From assembly GCA_024235315.1 (NCBI GenBank), contig JACKMP010000005.1, positions 99,372-163,371 of the forward strand: a stretch of DNA of 64,000 nucleotides, read 5' to 3'. Positions 53,402 through 64,000 of this stretch are shown here, piece after piece (positions within the stretch are counted from its first letter, which is position 1; the number at the start of each line of letters is the position of its first letter). The position numbers were made by a program, and so were the translations under genes. Under the pieces are notes generated by a model. That model saw only the letters and a program-made list of their open reading frames with translations, ran no database searches and had not been told where the DNA came from. The DNA comes from Chromatiaceae bacterium (GTDB taxonomy: Bacteria; Pseudomonadota; Gammaproteobacteria; Chromatiales; Chromatiaceae).

Positions 53402-55623
53402 AGCGCCCTACTCCTTTCTCGCGCACGAAATCCGCGTATCGCGGGGATCAGCGACACGACCAGCAGTCCGAGCAGCAGCCCGACCGGCCACAGCACCGGT
53501 CGGTTCCACGCCTGTTGTGCTGCCGCACGCACTGGGCCGTCCACGCGCTTGTATTTCAGCGTGTTGTTGGCCATCAGGTGCGGTTTGGCGTTCTTGTACC
53601 AGGCATGGTGAAGGCTGAATGCCTTGGGGAAGAAGCCGAACAGCCAGGGTGATTCCTCGCGCAGGATCCCGACCATGCGATCAATGACCGCCTGCCGCTC
53701 CTCGCCGTTGGGCAGGTCTTTCATCCTGACGAACAACTCGTCGAATTCGGCATTGCTGAAATTGGCCGCATTCTCCCCCTTGGACTCGACCTTGGCATTG
53801 GGGCCGTACAGCAGAAAGAAGAAATTCTCCGGGTCCGGGTAGTCTGCATTCCAGCCCCAGCTGAAAATCTGCGCGGTACCGGTAAGCATCTTGTCCTGAA
53901 AGCGATTGTAGTCAGTGGCCCGGATGACCAACTCAATGCCCAGCTTGGCGAGCTGCTTGCGATACCACTGCAGTGTCGCCTTGCTGTCCGGCCCGGCCGC
54001 CGGGGTATCGTAGTAAAGGATCAGCGGACCACCGGACTGCGGATCACGCCCCCCGGCATAACCGGCCTTTTCCAGCAACTGCTGCGCCTGTTCGATACCG
54101 CGCCGTCGCGCGACACCGTTCAGCCATTCGTGCGTGATCGGGTTGACGCCCTGCTCACCATCGCGATAGCCGAATATGCCAGGCGGCAGCGGGCTCTGTG
54201 CCACCTCGCCACGGCCGTTCTGGAAGATAGAGATGAATTCCTCGAAATCCATCGCAATGGCGATTGCCTGGCGCAGCAGGCGCGCACGCTCGCTGTCTCC
54301 ACCTACCACCGGGTCCAGCATATTGAAGCCCGTATAGAACACCGATGTCTCGATTGCGGTACTCAGGCGAATACCCTTTTCAATCATCGACTCGGTCAGG
54401 CTCGCTTCGCCGCTGCTGCCGAACTGCACCGCCTGATCGAAACTGTCGGAACCGATTCCGGAGTTGTCGTAGTAGCCCTGCAGGAACTTGTTCCAGCGCG
54501 GGATCGCTTCGTTCTCCAGCGAATACACTGCGCGATCAATAAATGGCATCGGGCGTCCCGCATCATCCAGCAGACCCTCTTCACGTGCATCCTGTGGACC
54601 ATCCGACGGATAACGCTCGCCGTGAAAATTGGGATTGCGCACCAGCACCATCCGCAGGTTCGGATTGTTCTCGGTCAACATGAAGGGGCCTGTACCGATC
54701 GGGTACCAGTGCAGATTGACGTTCTTTTCGTCCAACCCCGGCTGCTGGTAGAAGCGTTCTGCCTCCCAGGGCATCGGGGCAAAGAAATTCATCGCCAGCC
54801 AGAACACAAACTGCGGATATTTCTTTTCGATGCGAATGCGATAGGTGTAGCGATCGATCTCTTCGACACCAGCCATATCGATAGTGCGCAGGTCGAGCCA
54901 GGGCCTGGTCTCACCCGTCTTCGCCACCAACTGCTCATAGGCCGCTTTGGATTCAGCGGCGAAGTCGGCAAAGCCGCGAATATGCCCCGCCATCAGGCCT
55001 GCCACCGGTGAATGGTTGGCGGTAAACGCCAGCCGCTTGATCTGATAGATGTAGTCAGCGGCCACCAGTTCACGCGTACCTGTCAGCGGAAAATCGGCAA
55101 GGGTGTTGACGCGCAGCGTCTGCCCGGCGCTGAGCGGCCAGTACGCCGGGCTGCCGTCAGTATTGACTGCCAGTGCCGGATGCGGCTGGTAACGGATACC
55201 TGGCTGGATGCGCAGGATGTAGTCGGTATAGGCGACATCGGCAGCGGGCGCCTGGTCGTTCAGTTCGGAACCGTCATGTGCGTAGTACCGAATCTGCGGC
55301 ATGTCCGCCGCTGTCAGTGGAACCAGGCTGTAGGGGCGCCGCAGAAAATGATATTGCAGCGGCGGCTCGTAGACCTGCGAAATGAACGCCCACTCGTTTG
55401 AGCTGTAGGAGCGAGCCGGATCTAAATGTTTGGGACGTTCAGAAAATGAACTGTAAAAAACCGCCTTTGCAGACTCCCCTGCGCGATAAGGGTCATTCCA
55501 CGCCTGTTCGGTGCAACCGGTCAAAGTTACCAGCACCGCCAGTACCAGCGTCCAACCGAACCGGCTCCGACGAGACCGCGAAACTTTGAATGCCGGAAAT
55601 CTTTGAGTTAAGTTACGCGCCAT
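53398..55623 (-). CDS. ABC transporter substrate-binding lipoprotein, family 5
   Basis: Lipobox LTGC, LDPA.SY, YEP..QYH.L.RPY, PIGTGPF, GWNADYPDPENF; C-terminal TM. Confidence 0.9.
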   Translation of the reverse strand: MARNLTQRFPAFKVSRSRRSRFGWTLVLAVLVTLTGCTEQAWNDPYRAGESAKAVFYSSFSERPKHLDPARSYSSNEWAFISQVYEPPLQYHFLRRPYSLVPLTAADMPQIRYYAHDGSELNDQAPAADVAYTDYILRIQPGIRYQPHPALAVNTDGSPAYWPLSAGQTLRVNTLADFPLTGTRELVAADYIYQIKRLAFTANHSPVAGLMAGHIRGFADFAAESKAAYEQLVAKTGETRPWLDLRTIDMAGVEEIDRYTYRIRIEKKYPQFVFWLAMNFFAPMPWEAERFYQQPGLDEKNVNLHWYPIGTGPFMLTENNPNLRMVLVRNPNFHGERYPSDGPQDAREEGLLDDAGRPMPFIDRAVYSLENEAIPRWNKFLQGYYDNSGIGSDSFDQAVQFGSSGEASLTESMIEKGIRLSTAIETSVFYTGFNMLDPVVGGDSERARLLRQAIAIAMDFEEFISIFQNGRGEVAQSPLPPGIFGYRDGEQGVNPITHEWLNGVARRRGIEQAQQLLEKAGYAGGRDPQSGGPLILYYDTPAAGPDSKATLQWYRKQLAKLGIELVIRATDYNRFQDKMLTGTAQIFSWGWNADYPDPENFFFLLYGPNAKVESKGENAANFSNAEFDELFVRMKDLPNGEERQAVIDRMVGILREESPWLFGFFPKAFSLHHAWYKNAKPHLMANNTLKYKRVDGPVRAAAQQAWNRPVLWPVGLLLGLLVVSLIPAIRGFRARERSRAL

Positions 55624-55744
55624 TCTTTGAACGTTTTCGTGTCAGGCTTCGGGCATCACAAAAAGCCCGATGATGATCGCATTGCAGCGGGTGTCTGTCA
55701 GCCCGTTTGTTCCCCACCAGGATTCAGGATCGCGAGGAAATCAT

Positions 55745-56521
55745 ATGGGATTCTTAGACAACAAACGCGCGCTGATTGTCGGCGTCGCGAGCAATCGCTC
55801 GATTGCCTACGGTATCGCCAAGGCGATGCATCGCGAAGGCGCCGAACTCGCCTTCACCTACCAGGGTGAGAAGCTGCGCGACCGGGTGACCGGTTTCGCC
55901 GCGGAGTTCGGCTCGGACATTGTGTTGCCACTCGACGTCGGCAGCGACGAGGAGATCGACTCGGCATTCGCTCAACTGGCACAGCGCTGGGACGGTCTGG
56001 ACTGCCTGATCCACTCGGTTGGCTTCGCCCCGCGTGAGCAACTCGAGGGCTCGTATATCGACGCAGTGACGCGTGACGGCTTCCGTATCGCACACGATAT
56101 CAGCGCCTACAGCCTTGCCGCGCTGGCCAAGGCGGGGCGCACGATGATGCAGGGGCGCAACGGTGCCATCGTCACGATGAGCTACCTGGGTGCCGTGCGT
56201 ACAGTTCCCAACTATAACGTCATGGGGGTGGCCAAGGCCGCGCTCGAGGCCAACGTGCGTTACCTGGCCGATGCGCTCGGCCCGGAAGGGACACGCGTCA
56301 ATGCGGTATCGGCGGGTCCGATCAGGACACTGGCAGCCTCCGGGATCAGCGGCTTTCGGGGCATGCTCGCCGAGGCAGAACAAAAGACGCCTCTGCGACG
56401 AAATGTCACGATCGACGAGGTCGGCAACGCAACGGCATTTCTGTGCTCGGACCTGGCATCGGGTATCACAGGTGATGTGCTGTACGTCGACTCCGGGTAC
56501 CACATTCTGGGCATGGCATAG
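55745..56521 (+). CDS. fabI: Enoyl-ACP reductase
   Basis: [46 protein letters not shown]. Confidence 0.97.
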   Translation: MGFLDNKRALIVGVASNRSIAYGIAKAMHREGAELAFTYQGEKLRDRVTGFAAEFGSDIVLPLDVGSDEEIDSAFAQLAQRWDGLDCLIHSVGFAPREQLEGSYIDAVTRDGFRIAHDISAYSLAALAKAGRTMMQGRNGAIVTMSYLGAVRTVPNYNVMGVAKAALEANVRYLADALGPEGTRVNAVSAGPIRTLAASGISGFRGMLAEAEQKTPLRRNVTIDEVGNATAFLCSDLASGITGDVLYVDSGYHILGMA

Positions 56522-56548
56522 ACGGACCCTCCTCGAAGCACCTGAGCA

Positions 56549-56576
56549 AAAAAAGCGGCCGCCTGGCCGCTTTTTT
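56549..56576. terminator. Bidirectional terminator between fabI and ppiD
   Basis: AAAAAAGCGGCC-gcct-GGCCGCTTTTTT. Confidence 0.9.
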
Positions 56577-56601
56577 CGTTAACCCGCTTTGCGCTGTGCA
56601 C

Positions 56602-58518
56602 TCATTCCTTGATCGGAACAAGTTTGATGTCTGCCTGTTCGCGCAGGCTGCGGGTGACATAGTTCAGTTGCGCATTCGCCGCCTGCGCCACAGCCTGTTC
56701 CATCACCGCGGCCCGTTCAGCCTGCGGCATCGATGCCAGCTCCCCACCCTGCGCCGAGGCGAGCTCGATCAGGAAATAGTCGCCCTCTGCCGACACCACA
56801 CCGGCATATTGCGGCTTCGACGACTGAGGTGGCGCCAGACCAAACACCTTGTCCAGTATCTCGGCGGGAACAACACGGTCATCGCGCCCGATCTTGCCGG
56901 GCTCCTCGATCACCCATGCGTGCTCAGCCGCCAGGTCCGCCAGATTCTTGCTGCCGGATTCGAGTTCTCCGACAAAGGTCGCACCGGTCTGCGCCGCCAC
57001 TTCGGACGCATTGGTCTTCCTGAAATCGGATTCGATGGTCGCCCGGATCTCGTCGAATCCCTTGACGCCGGCAGGCTCGTGCTCCGCGACCCGCACCACG
57101 ACTGCGCGCTGTGAGCCGACCTCGATGAGTTCACTGTTATGTCCCTCGACCAACACGTCGTCCGAGAACACCGCATTCATGACCTTGGGATCGTCAAGTG
57201 GTGCAGGCAGCTGACCGTTTCGCGTCACCCAGTCAGTCGTACTGACTGTCAGGCCCAACGCCTCTGCGGCCGGCGTCAGGCTGGCCGAGTTCTCATAAGC
57301 CAGTTGCGCCAGTCTCTCCGCGTAGTCGAAATACAGGTTCTCGGCCTCGAACTTGCGATACGCCGCTTCGATTTTTTCGCGCATATCGGCAAAACTGGCA
57401 TCCGACCCGCCACGCACATCGGTCACCTGGATAATGTGGAAACCAAACTCGGTGCGCACCGGATCACTGAGTTCTCCTTTCGGCAGAGCAAAAGCTGCAT
57501 CCTCGAACGCCGTGACCATCAGGCCTCGCTCGACCCAACCGAGGTCCCCGCCGCTCTTCGCCGAGCCGGGATCATCCGAGTTTTCCTGCGCGATGCTGGC
57601 GAAATCAGCACCACCACGCAGCTGCGCGAGCAAGTCATCGGCCTTGGCCTGCGCTTTGGCCACGTCCTCATCACCCGCACCTGCCGCAATCGCGACCAGG
57701 ATGTGTCGCATCTCGCGCTCTTCACGCGCGACGAACTCTGCCCTGTGGTCACGGAAATACTGTTGCAACGCCTCGTCGCTTACCTCGACCAACCCACCGA
57801 GCGAGGACGCGTCCAACAGCAGGTAGCTGGCCTGCACCCGTTCGGGCGTCCGGTAACGATCCAGATTGCTTTCATAATAACGCCGCAACTGATCTTCACC
57901 CGGGACCGCCTGGTCGATGAAAGAGGCTGCGGGCACCCGCGCATAACGCACGGTACGCTGCTCGGCACCCAGGCGGATGCGCGTCTTGAGATCCGCCTCG
58001 GTCACAAACACGGTCTCGCGAATACCACTGCGCAACTGCGACAGCGCGAGGTCCTGGCGCACACCCTGTTCGAAGCTGACACGGCTCATGCCGCGATTGC
58101 GGACCGCGGCTTCATAGGCCTGCTGGTCGAATTGGCCGTCTCTCTGAAATGCCGGCACCGAGACGATGAATCCACGCGCCTGCGCATCACCGGTGCGCAG
58201 GTTCCAATCACCGGCGCTATCGGCCAGCAATCTCTCCTCGATCATCGCATTCAGCACTTGCGGCTTCAGCCGGGCATCATCGAAAAGCTCGGCGCTGTAG
58301 TTGTCGCCAAGTGAGAATCGCAGGTTTTCACGGAAATCGCGCACCCGCTGATCGAGCATGCGCTGGGTGATCTTTTCGCCGTTGACGACAGCCACCTCAG
58401 GCTCGCTGCCGGTGCCGAGATATTCCTGAATACCCCAGAGGGCAAACGGGACGCTGATAAGAATGACGATGGTCCAGGCGATCCAGCCCTGGGCTTTTTC
58501 TCTTATGGCCTGCAGCAT
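56602..58518 (-). CDS. ppiD: Periplasmic chaperone/PPIase PpiD
   Basis: MLQAIRE...WIAW.I..LI.VPFALWG, RHIL, S.DPGSA..GGDLGW, PVRTEFGFHII. Confidence 0.94.
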   Translation of the reverse strand: MLQAIREKAQGWIAWTIVILISVPFALWGIQEYLGTGSEPEVAVVNGEKITQRMLDQRVRDFRENLRFSLGDNYSAELFDDARLKPQVLNAMIEERLLADSAGDWNLRTGDAQARGFIVSVPAFQRDGQFDQQAYEAAVRNRGMSRVSFEQGVRQDLALSQLRSGIRETVFVTEADLKTRIRLGAEQRTVRYARVPAASFIDQAVPGEDQLRRYYESNLDRYRTPERVQASYLLLDASSLGGLVEVSDEALQQYFRDHRAEFVAREEREMRHILVAIAAGAGDEDVAKAQAKADDLLAQLRGGADFASIAQENSDDPGSAKSGGDLGWVERGLMVTAFEDAAFALPKGELSDPVRTEFGFHIIQVTDVRGGSDASFADMREKIEAAYRKFEAENLYFDYAERLAQLAYENSASLTPAAEALGLTVSTTDWVTRNGQLPAPLDDPKVMNAVFSDDVLVEGHNSELIEVGSQRAVVVRVAEHEPAGVKGFDEIRATIESDFRKTNASEVAAQTGATFVGELESGSKNLADLAAEHAWVIEEPGKIGRDDRVVPAEILDKVFGLAPPQSSKPQYAGVVSAEGDYFLIELASAQGGELASMPQAERAAVMEQAVAQAANAQLNYVTRSLREQADIKLVPIKE

Positions 58519-58545
58519 ATTTCGCTTAAGTCTGTTGCAAAGTCG

Positions 58546-58580
58546 GAAAAGAAAACGGGGTATCGAACGATACCCCGTTT
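58546..58580 (-). terminator. Rho-independent terminator after tRNA-Asp
   Basis: Minus strand AAACGGGGTATC-gttc-GATACCCCGTTTTCTTTT. Confidence 0.85.
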
Positions 58581-58591
58581 AACCCTAGATA

Positions 58592-58668
58592 TGGCGGAGT
58601 GGACGGGGCTCGAACCCGCGACCCCCGGCGTGACAGGCCGGTATTCTAACCAACTGAACTACCACTCC
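58592..58668 (-). tRNA. tRNA-Asp (GTC)
   Basis: GGAGTGGTAGTTCAGTTGGTTAGAATACCGGCCTGTCACGCCGG...GGTTCGAGCCCCGTCCACTCCGCCA, 77 nt with encoded CCA. Confidence 0.97.
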
Positions 58669-58675
58669 AGATTCT

Positions 58676-58751
58676 TGGTGGGTGCTGCAGGGATCGAACC
58701 TGCGACCCTCGCCTTGTAAGGGCGATGCTCTCCCAGCTGAGCTAAGCACCC
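58676..58751 (-). tRNA. tRNA-Val (TAC)
   Basis: GGGTGCTTAGCTCAGCTGGGAGAGCATCGCCCTTACAAGGCGAGG...GGTTCGATCCCTGCAGCACCCACCA, 76 nt. Confidence 0.97.
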
Positions 58752-58765
58752 CGATACGAGGCGCG

Positions 58766-59038
58766 CTAGTTTACTGCGTCTTTAAATGCTTTGCCAGCTT
58801 TAAATGCAGGTGCCTTGGAGGCCGCGATCTCGATCGTGTTGCCGGTCTTGGGATTACGACCGGTGCGTGCTGCGCGCTCACGCAGCAGGAAAGTGCCGAA
58901 TCCCACGACCGACACTGTGTCATTGTTCTTTACCGCTTTGGTGATGGCATCAATCAAGCCGTCCAGCGCCCTACCGGCTGCAGCCTTCGAGATATCAGCG
59001 GAATCGGCCATAGCCTCGATCAGTTCAGATTTGTTCAT
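58766..59038 (-). CDS. hupB: DNA-binding protein HU
   Basis: [36 protein letters not shown]; follows lon. Confidence 0.95.
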   Translation of the reverse strand: MNKSELIEAMADSADISKAAAGRALDGLIDAITKAVKNNDTVSVVGFGTFLLRERAARTGRNPKTGNTIEIAASKAPAFKAGKAFKDAVN

Positions 59039-59142
59039 TCGGACGGTGCCCCCTGTTGGAAAATACAACCCGGTCCATGGCTGGCTGCAATTTGGGTGGA
59101 ATAAGACATTGTCAGTTGGCCTGACTCTATTATGCGGGCAGC

Positions 59143-59172
59143 TTTATAGCAGCCTGAAAAATTCAGTGTCAA
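59143..59172 (-). promoter_or_regulatory. Sigma70 promoter of hupB-tRNA transcript
   Basis: Minus strand TTGACA-N18-TATAAA with an extended -10 TG. Confidence 0.7.
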
Positions 59173-59239
59173 GCGAGCCGATCAATGTCCCTGATATGGC
59201 TCGCCTGACAAAGGTTTCTACCAGTGTTGCGGTTCAGTT

Positions 59240-61687
59240 TCAATGATGCCGCAGGGCATCGTTGGCGTCTTCCGCATTTTCTTCTTTCGCGTCAGCAGAC
59301 TTAACCTCGTCCGCGTCTTTCGGCTGGCGAGGCTTCGGCCGCTCCGCCAAGGCGATTTCGAGGACCTCATCGATCCAGCGCACCGGCTTGATGTCGAGAT
59401 GCTGCTTGATATTTTTCGGCATCTCAACCAGGTCACGCTCATTTTCGTGCGGGATGATCACAGTCTGGATGCCACCACGCAGCGCTGCCAGCAGTTTCTC
59501 CTTGAGGCCACCGATCGGCAGCACCTCACCCCGCAGGGTGATCTCTCCGGTCATCGCCACATCGGCGCGTACGGGGATACCGGTCAATGCCGAGGTCAAC
59601 GAGGTCGCCATGCCGATGCCGGCACTCGGACCGTCTTTTGGCGTTGCGCCTTCGGGAACATGGATGTGCACATCGGTCTTCTGGTAAAAGTCGTTGTCCA
59701 ACCCGAGCGACGCGGCGCGACTGCGCACCACGGTCATGGCGGCCTGAATCGATTCCTTCATCACGTCACCGAGTTGCCCTGTGTGGGTCAGGCGACCTTT
59801 GCCGGGGGTAAGTGCCGTCTCGATCCGCAGCAGTTCGCCGCCGACCTCGGTCCAGGCAAGCCCGGTGACCTGACCGACCTGGTCATGCTCGTCCGCGCGC
59901 CCGTACCGGAAGCGCTTGACACCAAGATACTTCTCCAGGTTTTTCGGCCCCACGGTGACGCGCTTGCCCTGCTTGGCTTCGAGCAGCACGTCCTTCACCA
60001 CCTTACGGCAGATCTTGGAGATCTCGCGCTCGAGATTACGCACACCGGCTTCACGGGTGTAGTAACGCACGATATCGCGCAGCGCCGCCTCCTTGATGAC
60101 CAGTTCCTCTATCTTTAACCCGTTGTTCTGAATCTGCTTGGGAACCAGGTAGTTCTCCGCAATGCTGACCTTCTCGTCTTCGGTGTATCCGGACAGACGG
60201 ATCACCTCCATTCGGTCCAGCAGCGCCGGTGGGATATTCATGCTGTTGGCGGTGGCGACGAACATCACCTCGGACAGGTCGAAGTCCACCTCCAGGTAGT
60301 GATCCTGGAAGGTGTGATTCTGTTCGGGGTCGAGCACCTCGAGTAGCGCGGACGCCGGGTCGCCACGGAAATCCATCGCCATCTTGTCGATCTCGTCGAG
60401 CAGGAAGAACGGATTCTTGGTACCAGCCTTGGTCAGGTTCTGCACGATCTTGCCGGGCATTGCACCGATATAGGTGCGGCGATGTCCGCGGATCTCGGCT
60501 TCGTCACGGACACCGCCGAGTGCCATGCGAATGAACTTGCGGTTCGTGGCACGCGCAATCGACTGGCCGAGCGAAGTCTTGCCCACGCCGGGCGGGCCAA
60601 CCAGGCACAGAATCGGGCCCTTGAGTTTGCGAACGCGCTGCTGCACGGCGAGATATTCAAGGATGCGCTCCTTGACTTTCTCGAGACCGAAGTGATCGGC
60701 ATCCAGGACTTCCTCGGCCTTGGCAAGGTCGTTACGCACCTTGGTGCGCTTCTTCCACGGCACGCTGACCAGGGCGTCGATATAGTTGCGTACCACCGTG
60801 GCTTCGGCCGACATCGGCGACATCAGCTTGAGCTTGTTGAGCTCCGCGCTCGCCTTGGTGCGCGCCTCTTTGCTCATGCCCGCCTTTTCGATCTTTTCGG
60901 CGAGATCCTCGAGTTCATTCGGCGCATCGTCGAGCTCGCCGAGTTCCTTCTGGATCGCCTTCATCTGTTCGTTGAGGTAGTACTCGCGCTGATTCTTTTC
61001 CATCTGGCGCTTCACCCTGCCGCGGATACGCTTCTCCATCTGCAGGATGTCGTTCTCACCCTCCATCAGCGCCATCAGGTGTTCGAGGCGCTCGCGCACA
61101 TTGAACATCTCGAGGACGTGCTGCTTCTCGTCGAGCTTCAGCGCCATGTGAGCGGCCATCGTGTCGGCCAGACGCGACGGCTCGTCAATGCTTGCCAGAG
61201 AGGTCAGGACCTCCGGCGGCACTTTCTTGTTCAGCTTCACGTACTGGTCGAATAGTGCTGTCGCTGAGCGCATCAGCACTTCCATCTCGCGCTCGGGCAA
61301 CTCGATGAGGTCACCCGCCGGCTCGATTTCAGCCGTGAAGAACTCGTTGTCCGACATCACCTCCTTGATCTGGGCGCGCTCGGCCCCCTCGACCAGCACC
61401 TTGACGGTACCGTCCGGGAGCTTGAGCAACTGCAGGATGCTCGCCAGGGTCCCGATCTCGTACATATCCGCCGGCTGCGGTTCGTCGACGTCGGCACTCT
61501 TTTGCGCAACCAGCAGTATCTGCTTGTTGTCCGCCATCGCTGCGTCCAGGGCCTTGATCGATTTCTCGCGGCCCACAAACAGCGGAATGACCATGTGCGG
61601 GTATACCACCACATCCCGCAACGGCAGCACCGGGACAGCACTCGGCTGGTCGTCTCGCATACTCACCGCGGTATCTTCCTGTCCCAT
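59240..61687 (-). CDS. lon: Lon protease
   Basis: [53 protein letters not shown] before ATG 61687. Confidence 0.98.
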   Translation of the reverse strand: MGQEDTAVSMRDDQPSAVPVLPLRDVVVYPHMVIPLFVGREKSIKALDAAMADNKQILLVAQKSADVDEPQPADMYEIGTLASILQLLKLPDGTVKVLVEGAERAQIKEVMSDNEFFTAEIEPAGDLIELPEREMEVLMRSATALFDQYVKLNKKVPPEVLTSLASIDEPSRLADTMAAHMALKLDEKQHVLEMFNVRERLEHLMALMEGENDILQMEKRIRGRVKRQMEKNQREYYLNEQMKAIQKELGELDDAPNELEDLAEKIEKAGMSKEARTKASAELNKLKLMSPMSAEATVVRNYIDALVSVPWKKRTKVRNDLAKAEEVLDADHFGLEKVKERILEYLAVQQRVRKLKGPILCLVGPPGVGKTSLGQSIARATNRKFIRMALGGVRDEAEIRGHRRTYIGAMPGKIVQNLTKAGTKNPFFLLDEIDKMAMDFRGDPASALLEVLDPEQNHTFQDHYLEVDFDLSEVMFVATANSMNIPPALLDRMEVIRLSGYTEDEKVSIAENYLVPKQIQNNGLKIEELVIKEAALRDIVRYYTREAGVRNLEREISKICRKVVKDVLLEAKQGKRVTVGPKNLEKYLGVKRFRYGRADEHDQVGQVTGLAWTEVGGELLRIETALTPGKGRLTHTGQLGDVMKESIQAAMTVVRSRAASLGLDNDFYQKTDVHIHVPEGATPKDGPSAGIGMATSLTSALTGIPVRADVAMTGEITLRGEVLPIGGLKEKLLAALRGGIQTVIIPHENERDLVEMPKNIKQHLDIKPVRWIDEVLEIALAERPKPRQPKDADEVKSADAKEENAEDANDALRHH

Positions 61688-61776
61688 TGATTTCCTCCGT
61701 CGGCACGCAGCAATGCGCGCAGCAATATTGGCCGTCGATCGTGCCAAGGGTTCAAAGACGTTTCGACCGTGTGAAG

Positions 61777-61802
61777 ATGGGGATTGGTGCGGGAAAATTC
61801 AA
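61777..61802 (-). promoter_or_regulatory. Sigma32 (RpoH) heat-shock promoter of lon
   Basis: Minus strand TTGAAT-N14-CCCCAT versus consensus TTGAAA-N13/14-CCCCAT. Confidence 0.8.
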
Positions 61803-61947
61803 CCCGCAAATTACCCTGATATGTCGCTGCATCCTGCGCCCGGCCGGTGTCGCACCCGGCAACGCAAAGACGCGCGATCTTCTGAAAACGCAAACGGAAT
61901 CACGGCGGCCATGTGCCCCGCGACCATCTGTATCCGATGGATAACGC

Positions 61948-63228
61948 TCAGTCGGAGGCCGCAATCTGCCTCGGCTCGGCACCACCGAAAATAATGTAGG
62001 GGGCGGATTCGCCCTTGATCACGCCTTCGTCGATGACAACCTTGCTGACACCCTCCAGCGAGGGCAGATCGTACATGGTGTCGAGAAGCACGTGTTCGAG
62101 GATGGTGCGCAGACCGCGCGCGCCGGTCTTGCGTTCCATCGCCCGTCGGGCAATCGCCCGCAAGGCTTCGTCACGCACCTCGAGTTCAGCACCCTCCATC
62201 TCGAAGAGCCGCTGGTACTGTTTGATCAGGGCATTGCGCGGCTCCGTGAGGATCTGCACCAATGCCTCCTCGTCGAGTTCTTCAAGCGTCGCCACGACCG
62301 GCAGACGGCCGACAAACTCCGGAATCAGGCCGTAACGGATCAGGTCCTCGGGTTCGACGTTGCTCAGGATCTCGCCGACGTTGCGTTTGTCTTCCTTGCT
62401 GCGCACCTCGGCAGAAAACCCGATACCACCTTTTTCGGAACGGTCGCGAATGACCTTGTCGAGGCCGGCAAATGCCCCGCCGACAATGAACAGCACATTG
62501 GAGGTATCAACCTGCAGGAACTCCTGCTGCGGGTGCTTGCGCCCTCCCTGCGGGGGCACCGACGCAACCGTACCCTCGATCAGCTTGAGCAACGCCTGCT
62601 GCACACCCTCACCCGACACATCGCGCGTGATCGACGGGTTGTCGGACTTGCGCGAGATCTTGTCGATCTCGTCGATATAAACAATCCCGGTCTGCGCCTT
62701 CTCGACATCGTAGTCGCATTTCTGCAACAGCTTTTGGATGATGTTTTCCACGTCCTCGCCGACATAACCGGCCTCGGTGAGCGTGGTCGCATCAGCAATC
62801 GTAAACGGCACATTGAGCAACCGCGCCAGGGTCTCGGCCAGCAAGGTCTTACCCGAACCGGTCGGCCCGATCAGCAGGATATTGCTCTTGGCGATCTCGA
62901 CGTCGTCCTTCTTGGCCTTCGCCTCGAGCCGCTTGTAGTGGTTGTAAACAGCGACCGAAAGAACTTTCTTGGCCCGCGTCTGACCGATGACATACTGGTC
63001 GAGCGTGGCATTGATATCCTGCGGAATCGGCAGCTTGTCGGACGTGTGTCCGACGTTGTCCTGCATCTCTTCACGGATGATATCGTTACAAAGTTCGACA
63101 CATTCGTCGCAGATAAAGACAGATGGCCCCGCAATGAGCTTGCGCACCTCGTGCTGACTCTTGCCGCAAAACGAGCAGTACAGCAGCTTGCCGTCCTCGC
63201 CCTTTCCGTGCTTTTTATCGTCGCTCAT
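61948..63228 (-). CDS. clpX: ATP-dependent Clp protease ATP-binding subunit
   Basis: [18 protein letters not shown]...[29 protein letters not shown] loop. Confidence 0.98.
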   Translation of the reverse strand: MSDDKKHGKGEDGKLLYCSFCGKSQHEVRKLIAGPSVFICDECVELCNDIIREEMQDNVGHTSDKLPIPQDINATLDQYVIGQTRAKKVLSVAVYNHYKRLEAKAKKDDVEIAKSNILLIGPTGSGKTLLAETLARLLNVPFTIADATTLTEAGYVGEDVENIIQKLLQKCDYDVEKAQTGIVYIDEIDKISRKSDNPSITRDVSGEGVQQALLKLIEGTVASVPPQGGRKHPQQEFLQVDTSNVLFIVGGAFAGLDKVIRDRSEKGGIGFSAEVRSKEDKRNVGEILSNVEPEDLIRYGLIPEFVGRLPVVATLEELDEEALVQILTEPRNALIKQYQRLFEMEGAELEVRDEALRAIARRAMERKTGARGLRTILEHVLLDTMYDLPSLEGVSKVVIDEGVIKGESAPYIIFGGAEPRQIAASD

Positions 63229-63357
63229 AGTCGTGTACCTTGTCTTTGCGTCGCCGCCCGGGCAGATTTTGCGGCGCCGCCGCGTACTCCGTTTCGGTGA
63301 TCATATCCGAATGCTTTCGGATGACAAGCCACCCAAACCGCGTGGCTATCCGCCTAT

Positions 63358-63978
63358 TTACTTGGCTTGGTCGGGCCGCCGATCCAATACCTGATCAATC
63401 AGTCCGTAGGCGACCGACTGCTCACCGCTCATAAAGTTGTCCCGGTCGGTGTCCAGTCCGATGCGCTCGATATCCTGGCCAGTGTGATTAGAGAGTATCT
63501 TGTTGAGCTTTTCGCGAATCAGCAGAATCTCGCGCGCGTGGATCTCGATGTCCGTGGCCTGTCCCTGGAATCCGCCCAGTGGCTGGTGGATCATGATCCG
63601 CGAATGCGGCAGGGCGTAACGCTTGCCCTTTTCTCCTCCGGCCAGAAGCAGCGCACCCATGCTCGCCGCCTGCCCGATACACATCGTGGTGACATGTGGG
63701 CGGATGAACTGCATGGTGTCGTAGATCGCGAGCCCGGCGGTCACGGATCCGCCAGGCGAATTGATATAAAGATGAACGTCTTTGTCCGGGTTTTCCGATT
63801 CCAGGAACAGCAGCTGCGCGACGATCAGATTGGCCATCTGGTCTTCCACCGGCCCGACACAGAAAATCACGCGTTCTTTGAGCAGCCTCGAATAGATGTC
63901 GTAGGCCCGCTCGCCGCGCGCGCTCTGCTCCACCACCATCGGCACAAGGCCAAGATTCATCGGTTCGAATTGATTCAT
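63358..63978 (-). CDS. clpP: Clp protease proteolytic subunit
   Basis: [41 protein letters not shown]. Confidence 0.98.
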   Translation of the reverse strand: MNQFEPMNLGLVPMVVEQSARGERAYDIYSRLLKERVIFCVGPVEDQMANLIVAQLLFLESENPDKDVHLYINSPGGSVTAGLAIYDTMQFIRPHVTTMCIGQAASMGALLLAGGEKGKRYALPHSRIMIHQPLGGFQGQATDIEIHAREILLIREKLNKILSNHTGQDIERIGLDTDRDNFMSGEQSVAYGLIDQVLDRRPDQAK

Positions 63979-64000
63979 ACGCTGCTTATCGGATGTTATT

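Noticed and set aside
58592..58751. tRNA pair as an integration site
   Set aside because: No integrase, no duplicated tRNA 3' end seen, and the canonical hupB-tRNA-ppiD context is intact.

Overview
A GC-rich, almost entirely core-genome window from a gammaproteobacterium. Sox proteins, a sulfur globule protein and an FNR-controlled cbb3 oxidase point to a microaerophilic sulfur oxidiser, probably Chromatiales-like (inference). Four conserved neighbourhoods are recognisable: (1) gyrA / mtnA / mtaD-ubiG-mupP-yciK / DGC / rluB-scpBA-trpS / yciO-yciV / ispZ-yciI-ppiC; (2) pyrG-kdsA-eno-ftsB-ispD-ispF-truD-surE-pcm-yqaA-nlpD-rpoS; (3) sgp-fnr-ccoNOQP-orf-ccoGH; (4) dnaQ-rnhA-yafS-mltD / peptide ABC transporter / fabI / clpPX-lon-hupB-tRNA-Val-tRNA-Asp-ppiD. 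I found no integrase, transposase, prophage, CRISPR array or defence island, and I cannot claim a clearly novel multi-gene system. The best leads are small insertions and sequence details. These are a perfect (GCCGAA)33 repeat giving ScpB an (Ala-Glu)33 tail, an orphan diheme soxXA plus lrp/leuA block between mtnA and gyrA, a squalene-synthase-fold protein lacking both Asp-rich motifs inside the ubiG operon, and a sigma54-type PEP-CTERM gene converging on a sigma28-type ExeA/XrtA ATPase. Others are two nuclease genes (TatD, Smr) lying antisense within the isp/sur superoperon, Csr/Rsm-like GGA hairpins in the sulfur globule leader, and an extra CxxC in CcoO. Gene calls rest on motif recognition from memory; no searches were run. 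Several start codons were moved inward from the ORF track using RBS and family N-termini.
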